The notes beneath the pieces are model-generated. The model was not told the origin of the DNA, ran no database searches, and saw only the letters and a program-made list of their open reading frames with translations. 64,000 nt of DNA from Guillardia theta CCMP2712 (taxonomy: Eukaryota > Protista > Cryptophyta): positions 451,100 through 515,099 of the forward strand of contig NW_005434624.1 of the NCBI RefSeq assembly GCF_000315625.1, given 5' to 3'. The stretch's first letter is position 1, and the number at the start of each line of letters is the position of its first letter. The position numbers and the translations under genes are program-made. This document shows positions 14,129 to 26,075 of the stretch, one piece after another.

Positions 14129-17100
14129 TTATAGCCGGATGATGGTTCTCCCCTTAACGGCGGAGTGCTCTATGGATGAGGACCCGTTCATCCTTCCCTT
14201 CCTTAGCGTCACCTCGCCTGGCTCGACCTGCTTCTTCTTCTTCGCCTCCTTCCTCTCAGTTGCATTGCGCAGCTCGTCTCGCAGGCACAGCATCGGCTTC
14301 CCCTGGTGCAAACGCGTCAGTGGCAAGGAGGGAGGAGGGGGTCGTCAGCGGCAAGGAGGGAGGAGGGGGTTGTCACCAGGGCCCTGCGGAGGCTCTTGTT
14401 GATCTTGTAGGCGAGCTTGGCGTTGTCGCCCAGGTCGCGCCACTCGAAGCTAACGGAAGGGTCGAGGCCGTACTTGCCGACCACGGGGGCCTCGAGGAAG
14501 TCGAACTTGGAGTAGAACTTGATGAACTTTCCTATCGCCTCCTTGTTGCGGAACAGACCCGTCGATTGCAAGTCCTCAAAGCTGATGGCAAACTTTGCCT
14601 GCCACTCTCCCAGCACCTTTCCCAGCTTCTTGGAGGAGGGCCAGCCGTACACACAGCGGTAGAAGAGAGAGTGGAAGCAGTCGAGCAGGTCAGTAAGAAA
14701 CTCTTGCTCGGTCTCCAGCTCCATGACGGCAGTTCTGAGACCCATATAAGCTTCGACAATGATGGCGAGGAGGAAGTTAAGGATGAGCAGGAAGACGATG
14801 AGCGTGTAGAGCACCGTGAACAGCTGCCATGTGATGTTAGTGATAGCCAGAGCGCAGGCTCGAGAAGAGCAAAAGACGCAGGAGCAGGAGAGGGAGCAGG
14901 AGCAGGGCAGGCACCTGCATCTCTCTCGTGGATGTCCAGTCAGCAGGGAACTGACCGAAGAGCATCTCAAACTCCGTCTGCAGCGCCACCTCGAAGGTCC
15001 CGAAGTCGTCGCGGGTGTTGCCGAACTTCCACGTTGCGATCCCCGCGAAGCACATCATGAGCACCCCCGTAAGCAGCGCCGCGTGCCAGAGGTCGTCAAG
15101 CGCTCGCTGTAGCGTCCCAGTGAGGAGGGCGAGGCGAGGGTGGAGGGAGGTGCACTGGATGACTCGGAGGAGGTTGACGACGAGGATGATGTTGCAGAGA
15201 GTGTTGAGACTTGCCTCCCACTCGATGGTGGAGAGAAGGTCCGAGACGTAGCGGAAGAAGGAGACCTTCTTGCTCTCTATCGACACCTCCGGGCTGGCCC
15301 AGGGGATGCTGCCGAATTGCTGCAGGAGCGACTTGGTGTAGTTGGCGGAGTCGATCTTGTTGCGGAAGCTCAAGCAGATGTAGACGAGGACAGCGCCAGC
15401 CGAGAGGATCTCAACCCACGTGGTGAACCAGGAGCTGTAGGAACCCTCCTTCTCCTCCTCCTCTCCTCCCCCTCGTCTCTGAACTCGCCGAGCCATCCAC
15501 AGCAACACTCGCTTGGCGTTGGTCAGGAGTATCGCAACGTTGATGAGCACAAGCGCCTGTGCGGTGATGTAGCCGATCAGTCGCCCTCCTTCCAGCGCCT
15601 CGAAGTGCTGGATCTTGTACGAGACCGAGACGGTGGCGGTGCTGGCGAAGTCAGCGGCGATGGAGAGGACGGTGGTGATGCCGTTGGTGGGGGTGAAGAA
15701 GACGAGGATGACCTGGACGCTCTCTGTGAGGCTGTCGATGAACGAGCTTGTCATGAGGATCTCCCCCTGCCCGTCGGAGTTGCTGCGGTACAGGAAGTCG
15801 TTCTCCGTGATGCTGTACAGGAAGTCCGAGTAGCCCATGCTCCCGCTGAAGTCCACGGGCTTGAGCCCGAAGAACACTGACAACGACGAGCTCTCCATCG
15901 GGCAGGATATGAGGGAAGTCGGTTCGCTGAGGGTTGCGGCGCTACACAGGAAGGGAGCGGCGCACTTTTGCTGGATGGCTCGCTTGTGCTCGTTCTCGAT
16001 CCATGTCGTGCTGTAGTCAAATCCGCACTGAAGGCTCCCGTTGCCCCTCCTCGTGAAGATGACGGGAGCTGCCATGAGTGCCGAGCGAGGAGCGAAGTCT
16101 TGTTTGACCACCGGGATGGTCGTCGAGACCCGCACGCGGTTGTCAACGGTCGGGCCCGAGCGAATGTCCATCTGCTTCTGGTTCTGAAGGAACTGCTGCT
16201 GCACCACCGCCATGGGAAGGGCCTGGGGAGTGAGCATGATGGGCGAGATGAGCATCGGGTAGTTGATCTGAGGGCTCGTCAGGAGAAGCGCCGAGAACCG
16301 GTCAGGACAAGAGAGGACAGCAACAAAGATCCAAAAGAAAGGGAATGACGTGCTGTGCAATTTGCTCAAGGCACAGACATCATCGTATCACACGCAGCAA
16401 GCAAGTATCATACCTCGATACCCATAAAGAATGCCGAAGAGTTGAACAAGCACAAAGGAAACTCGTTGTTGTATTCCGAATTAGACTGAAGGTTAGTCAC
16501 AACTTGGCTATAATATCCAAGGTTTGCTTGGGAATGATTGTTCAGAGAGATGGAGACAAAAGTCCATTTAGTGTTGGAAGCCTTTTCCATCTACATCGAG
16601 AGTTAGCTCACTCGCTTGCTGACTAGCTCAGCAGCCTTTTCCTCCTCTCCTCCTCTCCCTCTTCTTCCTTTCGCCTCTCCTCTTCCCTCGAGCTCGTTCC
16701 CCTTCCTGCTGCTCACCTCGATGTTCCAGTACGGGTCACGCGAGCCTTTGCCGTAGCATTTCGAGGTGATCCTTGCTTCTCCGTTGGGGTTGGCCCATAG
16801 ACCGAACAGCTACAGCTCAGCATCAGCGCCTACCGCGTGGCAGCCTCCTGCTCACCAAGCTCTCTTGCGGGGGAGAGAAGGAGGAGAAGAAGTTGATGTG
16901 CGGGAAGAACCTCCCGGTGTCTCCCAGCATCGAGTTTGTGCCCACCGGCCTCACCCAGAAGGAGATGGTGAAGTCTCCACCCTCAGCCAGCATCTTCTTG
17001 GTGAACTCCTCCACCGGCTTCATGTCGAACCCGCAGTACTCATCGATCGAGGCCTCGAGCTCGTCACAGACCGTCACGTTCACTCGCCTTGCTCGCCTTG

Positions 17101-19781
17101 GGGCTTTCCCCGTGGTTTCCATGCTCGCCTTCCACGACTCGGGGAACAGCTCCTGCTTGTAGCTCGCGCCGCTCGCCCACTTTCGGCATTCAGCCACCAC
17201 GCTGGCCTTGGAGTAGCTGCTGCCCAGACAGATGGTGCCGTTCGGCGACTGAGCAGGGATCAACCTTGTTCGGTCCCACACGAAGAAGGAAGAGGTAGCG
17301 ACAAAGTCTTTGAAGCACTGCTGCTTGCTCGCACACGAGTTTGGGCAGTTTTGCTGAGCCTCGGAGGAGGAGCAGACGGCAGGAGTGCTCTGCTTTGCCT
17401 GGTAGTACCACGAGCACTCGTGTCCGTAGGGGTCTGACCAGATGCCATCGTCCTGCATGTCAGGGCTGGAGATATTCAAGCAGTGATGATTTCCCAGCAC
17501 AGGGGCGAACTGGATCGACTCCCTCCAAATGTCCTGGGCGGTGAGGATGCCGCTGATGCTGTGAACGTACATGCGAACATCGTAGAGCTCGATCGGAGCC
17601 CCGTAGGTGTAGCCCGGGGCTGCGTGACCGATAGAAATCTCCTTGTAGGGGCCAAGGCAGTCAGCCTGTGCGGGCGAGTCAGCTGAGGGAAGAGGGGAAG
17701 GAAGGAGAACCTGAGCGATGCTTCCTCCCCAGTCCTTCTCCATGGCGAGCTTGCCGTCGAGGAAGAAGCGAACCTTGTTGTTGGTTTCGTCCAGCTGATA
17801 TACCACGTGCCTCCAATACTTGTCGCCCGAGAAACCAAACTTGGGGTCGATGCCGTAGTCAGCGAAGTGAAGGTATCCCGAGTTAGGAGCGCCGTCAATC
17901 CAGAAGGCCTGGTTCTCGATCCACAGGCTCCAGCACCACGAGTTGAAGTTCGCGTTCGCTTGCGAGGCCACTGAAGGAGGAGGGAACTGTCCCGCCTGGA
18001 AGACGTAGACGCCGCACGTGTCGGCCAGGCAGGGGACGTGGCGGTACCAGAAGCTGAGAGTCATCCCAGTGCCATGGAACGAGGGCACGTTGTTGAGGTA
18101 ACGAGCATCAGTGTCGCTGGTCTTGGAAAGGCGCGCAGGGTCTGATATGAGAGAGTAGTAGGATCGCTTGATGAGAGAGTCCCACGACAACTTCAGCGTC
18201 CCGTTGTGCGAGCAGTTGGTTTCCGTTACCCCTACAGGGTACGTCTGAGATGCGTACGATTGAACAGCAGGAATCGGAAACGAGTCAACAGTCTGGCGAG
18301 GAGGAGGAACAGGTCAGAGGAAGCAGCTGGCTGGCTGACGCAACACGAACCTGCGACAGGAGCGCCTCGCCCTGCAGCTGCTGGCGTTCGCCGATGAGGG
18401 ACTCTACCTGCGCTATGGATCCAAGGATCTCCTGCTTCGTTGCCAAGCTCTCGCTTTCGCTCACATCCGATGCCTGTGATCCTGTCGACATGTCCGACAA
18501 GCGCATACCGTACTGGAAGATCTCAGTAATGTCTGAAACCGTCAAACTCTTGGGATAGAAGCGAAGCTGACCCAGCTCCATGTTTGCCTGGCCAACCAAG
18601 ATTCCTTCCGTGTTGTAGCATTCTGTGAGTGGCCGAGGGAGAGAAATATTGCCGAGAAGCACTGTGTTCCTGTAGAACAGGACGACCTGAAGGAAGGTGA
18701 GGAAAGTACGTGACATACGTGCACTATCACTCGCCTTCTGCGTCACTATCATAGTCATCAGAGCAAACTCATCAATGATCATCGGGCGAGGTTTCGGGAG
18801 CTTAATTTCTAGTTGCCTGACAAGCAGTCAGGTCTCAGAACCACAATTTTCGTGCAAGAGATCCTCTCACTCAAGTCTGTTGTTAATGTTCCAGATGTCG
18901 ATCGGAAACGTATCATGCATCCCGTATCGGAATTGGGGGCCCGTAAAGCGATCGAAGTACCACCCCCAGCAACTCTGCAGGCTCAGCTTAGTACCACCCG
19001 TCCTCCCTCATCATGAAGACCAACCAGATCTGATCCTGGGCCTGCAGATACAAGCCGCTTACGAAAGACGTACCCGCTGGTGAAGTCCGCGCTGACCCTC
19101 ATCCACGTCGTAAAGGAGATCTGAGCAGAAAGTGAGCATATCCCGATAACGCTCTCTCACTCGCCTCGGGCGCTTGGATGCTCAGCTGCACACTGCCGAG
19201 GACAGCAGGAGCAGTGAAAGATCGCAGAGACCCCAATATCTGTACATTGCCCTGATCTTGCGTGTCGAAGTACTGCAGACAGCAGTCATCGTGGGAATAT
19301 AGCACCAGGGAACCAGACATGGGAGGAAAGGATGAAATGCTTGCGAGATTCTGAAGATATCGATTGGAGGGCTTGCGTGAAATCAGCTCGCGACTGCGAA
19401 GATTGTTAGGAGGAGCAAGATTGTTGGTCGGAGTGAGACTACCTGGATTGTAGCGACCTCTTCAAGGTTGAAGGAGCTTGTGAGGTAGTTGTAAATGCCT
19501 CTTGTTGCTGTCCCATTGTTGGCAAATCCAAGAGCGATCAGGAGCAGAGCGAAGACCATTGCTTGATTCAGCAGCTTCAGCATCCCTGTTATGAACTGGT
19601 GCTCAATCTCAAGCCGCTCCACTAAGTTGGCGCAGTGCAGCCGCTCTTTGTAGATCTTTCGACGAATGCAAGACTGGAGGGCAACAAGAGAAGACATCTG
19701 TCGATCCTGCAGCTTCCCAATCTCCTTCCCGACATGTGCTTCGCCTACTTCGCCTAGCATGACCACTTCGGCGGTTGACAT
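14129..19781 (-). CDS. Polycystin-2/TRPP-like cation channel with large extracellular region containing LamG/concanavalin-like domains; multi-exon, start approximate
   Basis: PKD-channel-like segment LRVIQCTSLHPRLALLTGTLQRALDDL...FGTFEVALQTEFEMLFGQF...LNFLLAIIVEAY. LamG-like motifs MTLSFWY...WRHVVYQLD...RFFLDGK...LYDVRMY. N-terminal TM helix AMVFALLLIALGFA. Confidence 0.75.
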
Positions 19782-20001
19782 TGGAGGTGAGGTAGGGCGG
19801 CTGGTCACTCCAATAATGGCCCAAGTGCTCCGATCAAGGAAACACATAGGGTGGGGTGGTTGTGCGGTGAAGGAGGGGTCTTCGGGATGAAGGGAGGAGG
19901 GGTCAGGGTTGATTGGGGAGACCTCTTGGCCAGTGATGAGCACCGCAATCACACATGTCGGGGAGGGGAGGGGGTGGGGGTACCGTAAAACTTATCATTA
20001 A

Positions 20002-21612
20002 GTAGAGCTATGGGATCTAGGTAGGATTCAATGTATTACACATTTTTTTCTGTGAGGTTTATAGTTCAAACTATAGATTGGACTTGGCGAAAATTCATGC
20101 CGGTGGCGATCGAAGGAAGATAGATCGCAATTGTTCTCAGTCTGCTGTTTGTTCCTGACAAACCAAACAATGCATAACATAGGGAAATCATTTCTCCATC
20201 GATTGTCTAGGCTTGTATTCTCTAATTATGCAATATGAGAGTAACAAACAGCATTGAACCTCGCTTGATGGAAGAAAACCTCTACGACATATGCTTGTTC
20301 TGAACCTTGTAGTCATCTGATCATGGCATGGGACGTTTGATCGAAGCAATTCAAAAAGTTATTCTGGAAACAATGCACTGACTTCCATGATCATGGCTGA
20401 ATATCGACAATCGTTCAGCGTATTCAAGTACTTTTATTCCATGTTCAAAGAAAACATCATCCTGACTATTCTCAACGACTTGATGCAGATGAGCCTGAGT
20501 TCTTCTTGAATTTTTTCCTTAACTTCTTCACGAATGTATTCCATTTCAATTGCCCTCTGCGGAAACTGTAGCCCGAGTCTACATTGATCCAACTGTAGAA
20601 AGACGACTCATACTTGACAAAAATCTCCTGCGATTCCCTGAACATGCGCCTGACTCCGGTTCCTCTTTTCAACTCTTCAAACCTCCTTAGTTCTGTATCC
20701 CTCTCGTCTGCATCCTTGTCAGCTAGCACGTTGTTGATATGCTGCTCAAAACATTTCACGAGAAACTTCACGTCTGAACGTCGCTTTGTATTGCTTTGTC
20801 CAGGCTTCAACTCCCCTGCACAAACATTTTTCAAAGGGGGAATTTGTCTTTTCTCGTTTCCACAGAACCACAAATTCCATGCCGATAATGGGGTTTCCAG
20901 CTCTTCTGTCAAAAGTACTTCTTCCAGAGCCGACGCGCTTGCCCCAACTGCTTCATCAATGGAACCACCCGTGTCTCTGCTCTCATTCACTCCAACAGTG
21001 TCTGCCGGTATTACGGTGCGCTCCTCTCTCCTGCGACCAGACTCAACAACACTCTGACCTGAAGCCTCGGGGTCCCTTTGCTGAACATCTCTCTGTGATC
21101 CACTTGCTTCCCCTCCCGTCTCCATAATCACCTCCCGTATGATAGCTTTGAACTCATCTCGATTCTCTAGCAAGCCTTGGCGAAAGAAATCCTTTGCTGA
21201 TTGTCCACACTCATTTGGTATGAAACCAACTTGTCGCCTCTCCGAACTTGAAACTCCTTCTGCCAATGCCTGGTTGCCCCGGCTAGATTGCTTGAACTCC
21301 AGAACTTCTCTTTGTATTTTTTCTAGGGACGCCACAACCTTGTCATTGTGGACATATTGATGAACGTGTGGAGGAATGCCTGTCGCTTCCATTCTGCCTC
21401 TTGCTTCCTTTGGCATGCAGCAAACAACCTTTGATTTCAAAGTATTCAGCATAGCTTCGTCCTGAAACAAGGTTGACTTCCAAAGAGGATGATTCCTCTG
21501 CAAATTCGTTCTGAGGAAGTCTGCATGGTATAACACGGATGCGAGTGCAAACTCCGCAACTCCATACATGCACATGGGTAATGTTGGGAACAGCATCTGA
21601 ATCGCACTTGTG
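20002..21612 (-). mobile_element. Truncated copy (3' 1611 bp) of the Crypton at 28786-32218, lacking the catalytic domain
   Basis: Near-identical to 28786-30396 (constant offset 8784) with only a handful of substitutions. Identity stops abruptly after ...ATCGCACTTGTG at 21612. Confidence 0.9.
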
Positions 21613-21792
21613 TCCGTCCTAGAAGACTTGAGAAGTGGAGACAGTGAGGGGAGAATGACAAGATGGAAAGGAGGGAGAGATGACCCTGGAATAGTACGTG
21701 GGTAAGAATCATCGCGGGGATGGGGAGGACGAAGACGATGAAAAGGAAAAGGATCGGAAGGGAGGTACGAGCTGAGATTAATATGAGATTAG

Positions 21793-21892
21793 NNNNNNNN
21801 NNNNNNNNNNNNNNNNNNNNNNNNNNNNNNNNNNNNNNNNNNNNNNNNNNNNNNNNNNNNNNNNNNNNNNNNNNNNNNNNNNNNNNNNNNNN
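21793..21892. other. Assembly gap (100 N, size probably unknown)
   Basis: Run of 100 N. Confidence 1.
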
Positions 21893-24519
21893 TACCTGCC
21901 CTTACCTTCGTTGCTTGCCCCATGTCCACCTCATTTATTTCTTCCTCCTTCCCCCCATGGGGCCAACAGCTCCGCTCCGCCTCTTGTCCACCTCTAAGAC
22001 TTGACTCGAGCCTCAAGCGCGCGAGGGGCCTGCACCGGCCTCCTCCTCCTCGCCCTCGCCCTCCTCAGCCTCCATGTCGACTTCCTCCCTCATCATCAGC
22101 CGCAGTCGGTCTTGCTTGTCGACCTTGCCCGTGCAGCTCAACCCATGGTGCTCAGCAAATTTACTGATCGCAAGAAACAAGAGGCTTACAGATCGACTCT
22201 CGATGTCATCGCTCTCGGCCTCCTGCTCAAGCGCATCAGTCGCTGCTGCCCTTGGAGAGAAGGCGCTGCCCCTCCTCGCTGCCTTGTTCCCTTGCACCCG
22301 AGTCCAGCGCTGCTCGCCGAGGTACGCTCTGAGCTTTTCTTTCAACATGTTTCGCTTCGATCCCAGCGTCGGCGTGGCTGCCCAAGCTCCGAGCGTCATG
22401 AACTCCACGTTGCCCGGCGAGCAGAAGGTGTCATGCAGCTTCCCAACACTCTTGTCTAGCTCCAGAGAGATCGGCTTGCCAGCTAGCAGCTCCTCCTCTG
22501 ATGTCTCCAAGAGCATCGTCGAGAGGTCGACCAAGACCTGTTGATCGACTGGCCCTGACGGCGACGCTGCTTCCATGGTGATCCTGTCGATGTCGCTGAG
22601 CTCCAGCCATCCAGCGCCTTGCTGCTGCCCTTGGGGCTCTTGGGCTTGCTCCTCGCTGCTCGGGCTCCTCTCCTCCTCATGCTGAGGCCCGTTGAGCTTG
22701 AACCCCACCGCTTCGAGCTTGACTTCCAGGATCCCTTCCAAGTAAAAGGGCATGTCGTCCATCAGCGTCGAGCGTCTGCCTTGGTCGCCAGGGAGAGAGC
22801 TATCGAGCTTCCGTCCCAGCTGAGCGTGTCACGATCCTCCTCGACCTCGACGCTGACCGGCGTCACGCCTATCCTTCTTGCTAACTCCAACATGGCTCGC
22901 TTGACTCTCGTGATCGATGTGTTACCTCCTCCGCACAGCGCTTCCATCTCCTTCCTCGAGAAGCGGCCTGTGCTCATGCTTGACCTCGACTTGATCTGCA
23001 CTCTGAAGCTGCTGCGCCCCGCATGATCTCTCTCGCGAAGTGCCCTCCTCTGCTTGGCGATCTTTCCCCTAGGAACGAAGGTGTCGGCTGTGAGCTCGAC
23101 TGCAAACGTCTCTCTGAGCTTGGCGTCGTCGCTGATGAGAGTGAGATGCACCCCCTCCATCGCCTCGCTCTCTCTGAACGAGGCCAAGGTCTGCTCGCAA
23201 CTTGCCGTCGAAGGCGAGCTGAGCACCCACTCCAGCTCTTTTTGCTGGAGAGTTCCCGTACTTGCCCCAACAGCGACATACGTCTTCGGGCTCGGCCCCT
23301 TGCGACCTCTCTGCCCAGCACCCTGCACGAGCATGCCTGCAAGCGGTTGTACCTCTGCGGCTGCAAGAGATTGCGAGAGCAGCTGAGATCGATAAATCTG
23401 AGCGATCTCGGCCGTCGACATTCCTCCGAGAGCTAGGAGCTGTGATAGCTCGGCAAGGCTCCCTCCCTTGCCCCAAGGTCCTCGCTTGGCTCGAAGCTTG
23501 AAGGACCGGTCGTGTGCTATGCTCACCTCTGTGGCTCGAAAGACTCTCCCTTCGATAGTGTATTCTCTCCTGCCTTCCCATAGCTCCATGGCTGCTTCAT
23601 TCCGAAGGAAGGAGACGGTGACTGAGATGTCGTCTGCTCGTGCTATCTCAGGTCTGTAAGGTGCTTTCCACATGATGGCCTTGTCGACTCCATCGACTGA
23701 GTCTACCATGAGACCTAGGTCCATAAGCTTCGTTTTCAACTTTTCTTCTTGTCGAACAAACATCGAGGAAATCCCTAGGAGAGTCATGGAGATGAAGGAG
23801 GTCCCCTCGGTGCCTTCGGTGCCGATGTATGTCTCGACATTCTGCTTCTTGGCCTCCTCCATCTGTTGAATAAACCATGCTTTCGACTCTGAGCTCCATT
23901 CGCTCAGAGAGTCTTCAAACAGGTCGCGTCTCGCCTGCCGACATGTCGAGCGGATGGCTTCAGCGATAGCGTCGGGAGTGCATCCCCCCTCAGCTCTGCA
24001 AGCATAAGCTGTCCGACTATTCGGATAACGCTTGGTGAAGTTCTTCACCTTCTCGACGAGGTCGGCGGCCTCCTCGACGTGGCCTCCTGAGCGCTCACCC
24101 TGCGTGTATTGGCATGATCTCCGATACAGCAGGTTGCGAACGCTCTCATCATACTGTAGTACCATGCTTAGAAAGCTGTTTGAACTATATGAACCTCTTG
24201 CTCGCAGCTTCCACCGGTCCCCTTGCGCTCTCCCTACGCGCCGCAGGGCCGCATGCTCTTACTAAGGGCCGGCTCTGCTCTTACTAAGGGCCGGCTGCTC
24301 TTACTAAGGGCCGGCTTGCTCTTACTAAGGGCCGGCTGCTCTTACTAAGGGCCGGCTCTGCTCTTACTAAGGGCCGGCTGCTCTTACTAAGGGCCGGCTG
24401 CTCTTACTAAGGGCCGGCTGCTCTTACTAAGGGCCGGCTGCTCTTACTAAGGGCCGGCTGCTCTTACTAAGGGCCGGCTGCTCTTACTAAGGGCCGGCTG
24501 CTCTTACTAAGGGCCGGCT
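21893..24519 (-). mobile_element. 5' portion of a probable non-LTR retrotransposon: 5' tandem array, short leader, and intronless ORF1-like region (24165-22762 and 22762-22013) running into the gap
   Basis: Long intronless coding region in an intron-rich genome, with an E/G-rich tail and a tandem array at the 5' end abutting telomeric repeats. No RT or endonuclease is visible (would lie in the gap), so the class is inferred. Confidence 0.5.
24255..24519 (+). repeat. Tandem array, 13 copies of GCTCTTACTAAGGGCCGGCT (20 bp)
   Basis: Direct reading. Units are identical, with CT, T and CT inserted after units 1, 3 and 5. Confidence 0.97.
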
Positions 24520-24612
24520 CCTAAACCCTAAACCCTAAACCCTAAACCCTAAACCCTAAACCCTAAACCCTAAACCCTAAACCCAAAACCCTAAACCCAA
24601 AACCCTAAACCC
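24520..24612 (+). repeat. Interstitial telomeric tract, ~13 x CCCTAAA with two CCCAAAA variants
   Basis: Direct reading. Variants at 24582 and 24596. Confidence 0.97.
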
Positions 24613-25012
24613 TTTCCTTCCACTTCTGTCGCCCTGGCGATGCATGCGATGCGATGCATGCTGTTATGAACGCTAAAATCTGATGGTTACGTGAATAGGT
24701 CGGCTAGAGCAGTATCTGCATGAAATATTAGCATAGCGAAGTCATCTAAAGTTGCATGCAAGTGGGAACATACCTTGAGGGAGGAGCATGAAGGAAAGAC
24801 GCTGGACAGTGCCCGAGGACAGTGCTCGAACTGTACAACGGCACAAATTCAAAGTGAAGTTGGGGTTGACTAAACATTAGTATTGGAAATTCAAATTTCA
24901 CTGACCTGATGGGTAGATTTGAAAGTATGTCGGTTGAATATTTCAACACTTCATAGGAGGTTTGCAAAAAAGTTCAGGGCATGACGAAGTTACATATATA
25001 CATCCAACGCGA

Positions 25013-25615
25013 TCAATCTTTATAAAGAGGGGGGGATAAGATTTTTGGAATTTCTTTTAACTCATATTTTTGCTTTATTGCATAGAATCCATCATCACGC
25101 AACACACCCGCACCAATAGCGCATCCGCCTTCATTGCGAAAGTCTATATAATCGAGGAAATTTGATGAAGTCTTTATATACGGGCAATAAAGAAAGTAAT
25201 GATGTGAGCCGTTGGGCGTTGAGACTTGAAAGGTTTGAACATCATCAATTAGTTTTTCAATATCATTATCTCGTTCTTCAGCTTTGGCAATGTCAAGATC
25301 GATGACGGTTAAATTATTGACCTTACCAGTAAGGACAGCATATTTAACTGCCTTCTCTCTATTGATCGTTGATTTAATTTCTTTGTGCCATATCTTTAAT
25401 GTCTCTTTGATGTGTGTCTCATCCTTTTGCCACTCAGCAGGAAAGGCATATTTCTTTTTGATGATCATATTTGACTTGAATTTTTTATTTTTTGGATCAT
25501 TTGGGTCTTTGGGATAAAGTGGCATACATTTAAAGCCTAGCTCATCCCTGATATATTCAAAGTCTTCAATGGCCTTTTCAAGGAGATATTCAGCAGAGGG
25601 CAATTTTTGGGGCAT
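25013..25615 (-). CDS. Bifunctional primase-polymerase (Prim-Pol/AEP) domain protein, probably C-terminally truncated
   Basis: Motifs YAVLTGKVNNLTVIDLD, VSTPNGSHHYFLY and IDFRNEGGCAIG are typical of Prim-Pol N-terminal domains. No helicase follows. Confidence 0.8.
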   Translation of the reverse strand: MPQKLPSAEYLLEKAIEDFEYIRDELGFKCMPLYPKDPNDPKNKKFKSNMIIKKKYAFPAEWQKDETHIKETLKIWHKEIKSTINREKAVKYAVLTGKVNNLTVIDLDIAKAEERDNDIEKLIDDVQTFQVSTPNGSHHYFLYCPYIKTSSNFLDYIDFRNEGGCAIGAGVLRDDGFYAIKQKYELKEIPKILSPPLYKD

Positions 25616-25767
25616 CCTTTTATTTATAGGTGAGATTTTTATTTTGTTATTTTATTTATCGATTTTATTACTTTATATCATTTTTTCCTCAAAATCGGCA
25701 AAATTCTTGCAATTTATTTTTGTTACTATTATACAAGTAACAAAATAAAAAAAGACTGTATCAATGC

Positions 25768-25968
25768 TTAATCTGATGATCTATTTTCTTTTTCTGCCTT
25801 CTTCCTATAATAATATTCTAAGGACTTTTGTTTGATCATATTTCTATATTCTTCGTCATTTAAATATTTGTTCTTTCTGAATTCCTTAATCCTTTCAACC
25901 TCTCTATTGTGAAAGTCTTCATCGTTGTTAAATCTCTTATAGTAATATCGAGCTTGTGCTTTTGCCAT
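25768..25968 (-). CDS. Small K/R/Y-rich viral-type hypothetical protein (66 aa)
   Basis: ORF with YYYKRF...EEYRNMIKQKSLEYYYRKK, co-oriented with neighbours and preceded by a TATATA-rich spacer. Confidence 0.6.
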   Translation of the reverse strand: MAKAQARYYYKRFNNDEDFHNREVERIKEFRKNKYLNDEEYRNMIKQKSLEYYYRKKAEKENRSSD

Positions 25969-26075
25969 TGATCGAGTTTCTACTTATATATAAGTAAGAA
26001 AGTTTTTTCACTTATATATTAAAAAAATAATCAAATCATTTTTATATAAATTGGGGGGTTTAGGACGAATTGACC

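Noticed and set aside
20002-21612. Pure assembly duplication of 28786-30396
   Set aside because: The copies differ at several substitutions and have different flanks on both sides, although a scaffold mis-join across the gap remains possible.
24255-24519. CRISPR-like array
   Set aside because: Units are contiguous with no unique spacers, there are no cas genes, and the context is eukaryotic.
21893-24612. Athena/Penelope-type telomere-attached element
   Set aside because: The ORF is on the same strand as the G-rich telomere repeat, opposite to what priming from a chromosome 3' end would give, and no RT is visible.
24613-25012. 73-aa ORF between the telomere tract and Prim-Pol
   Set aside because: Non-ATG start, no motifs, and composition differs from the viral genes; left unassigned.
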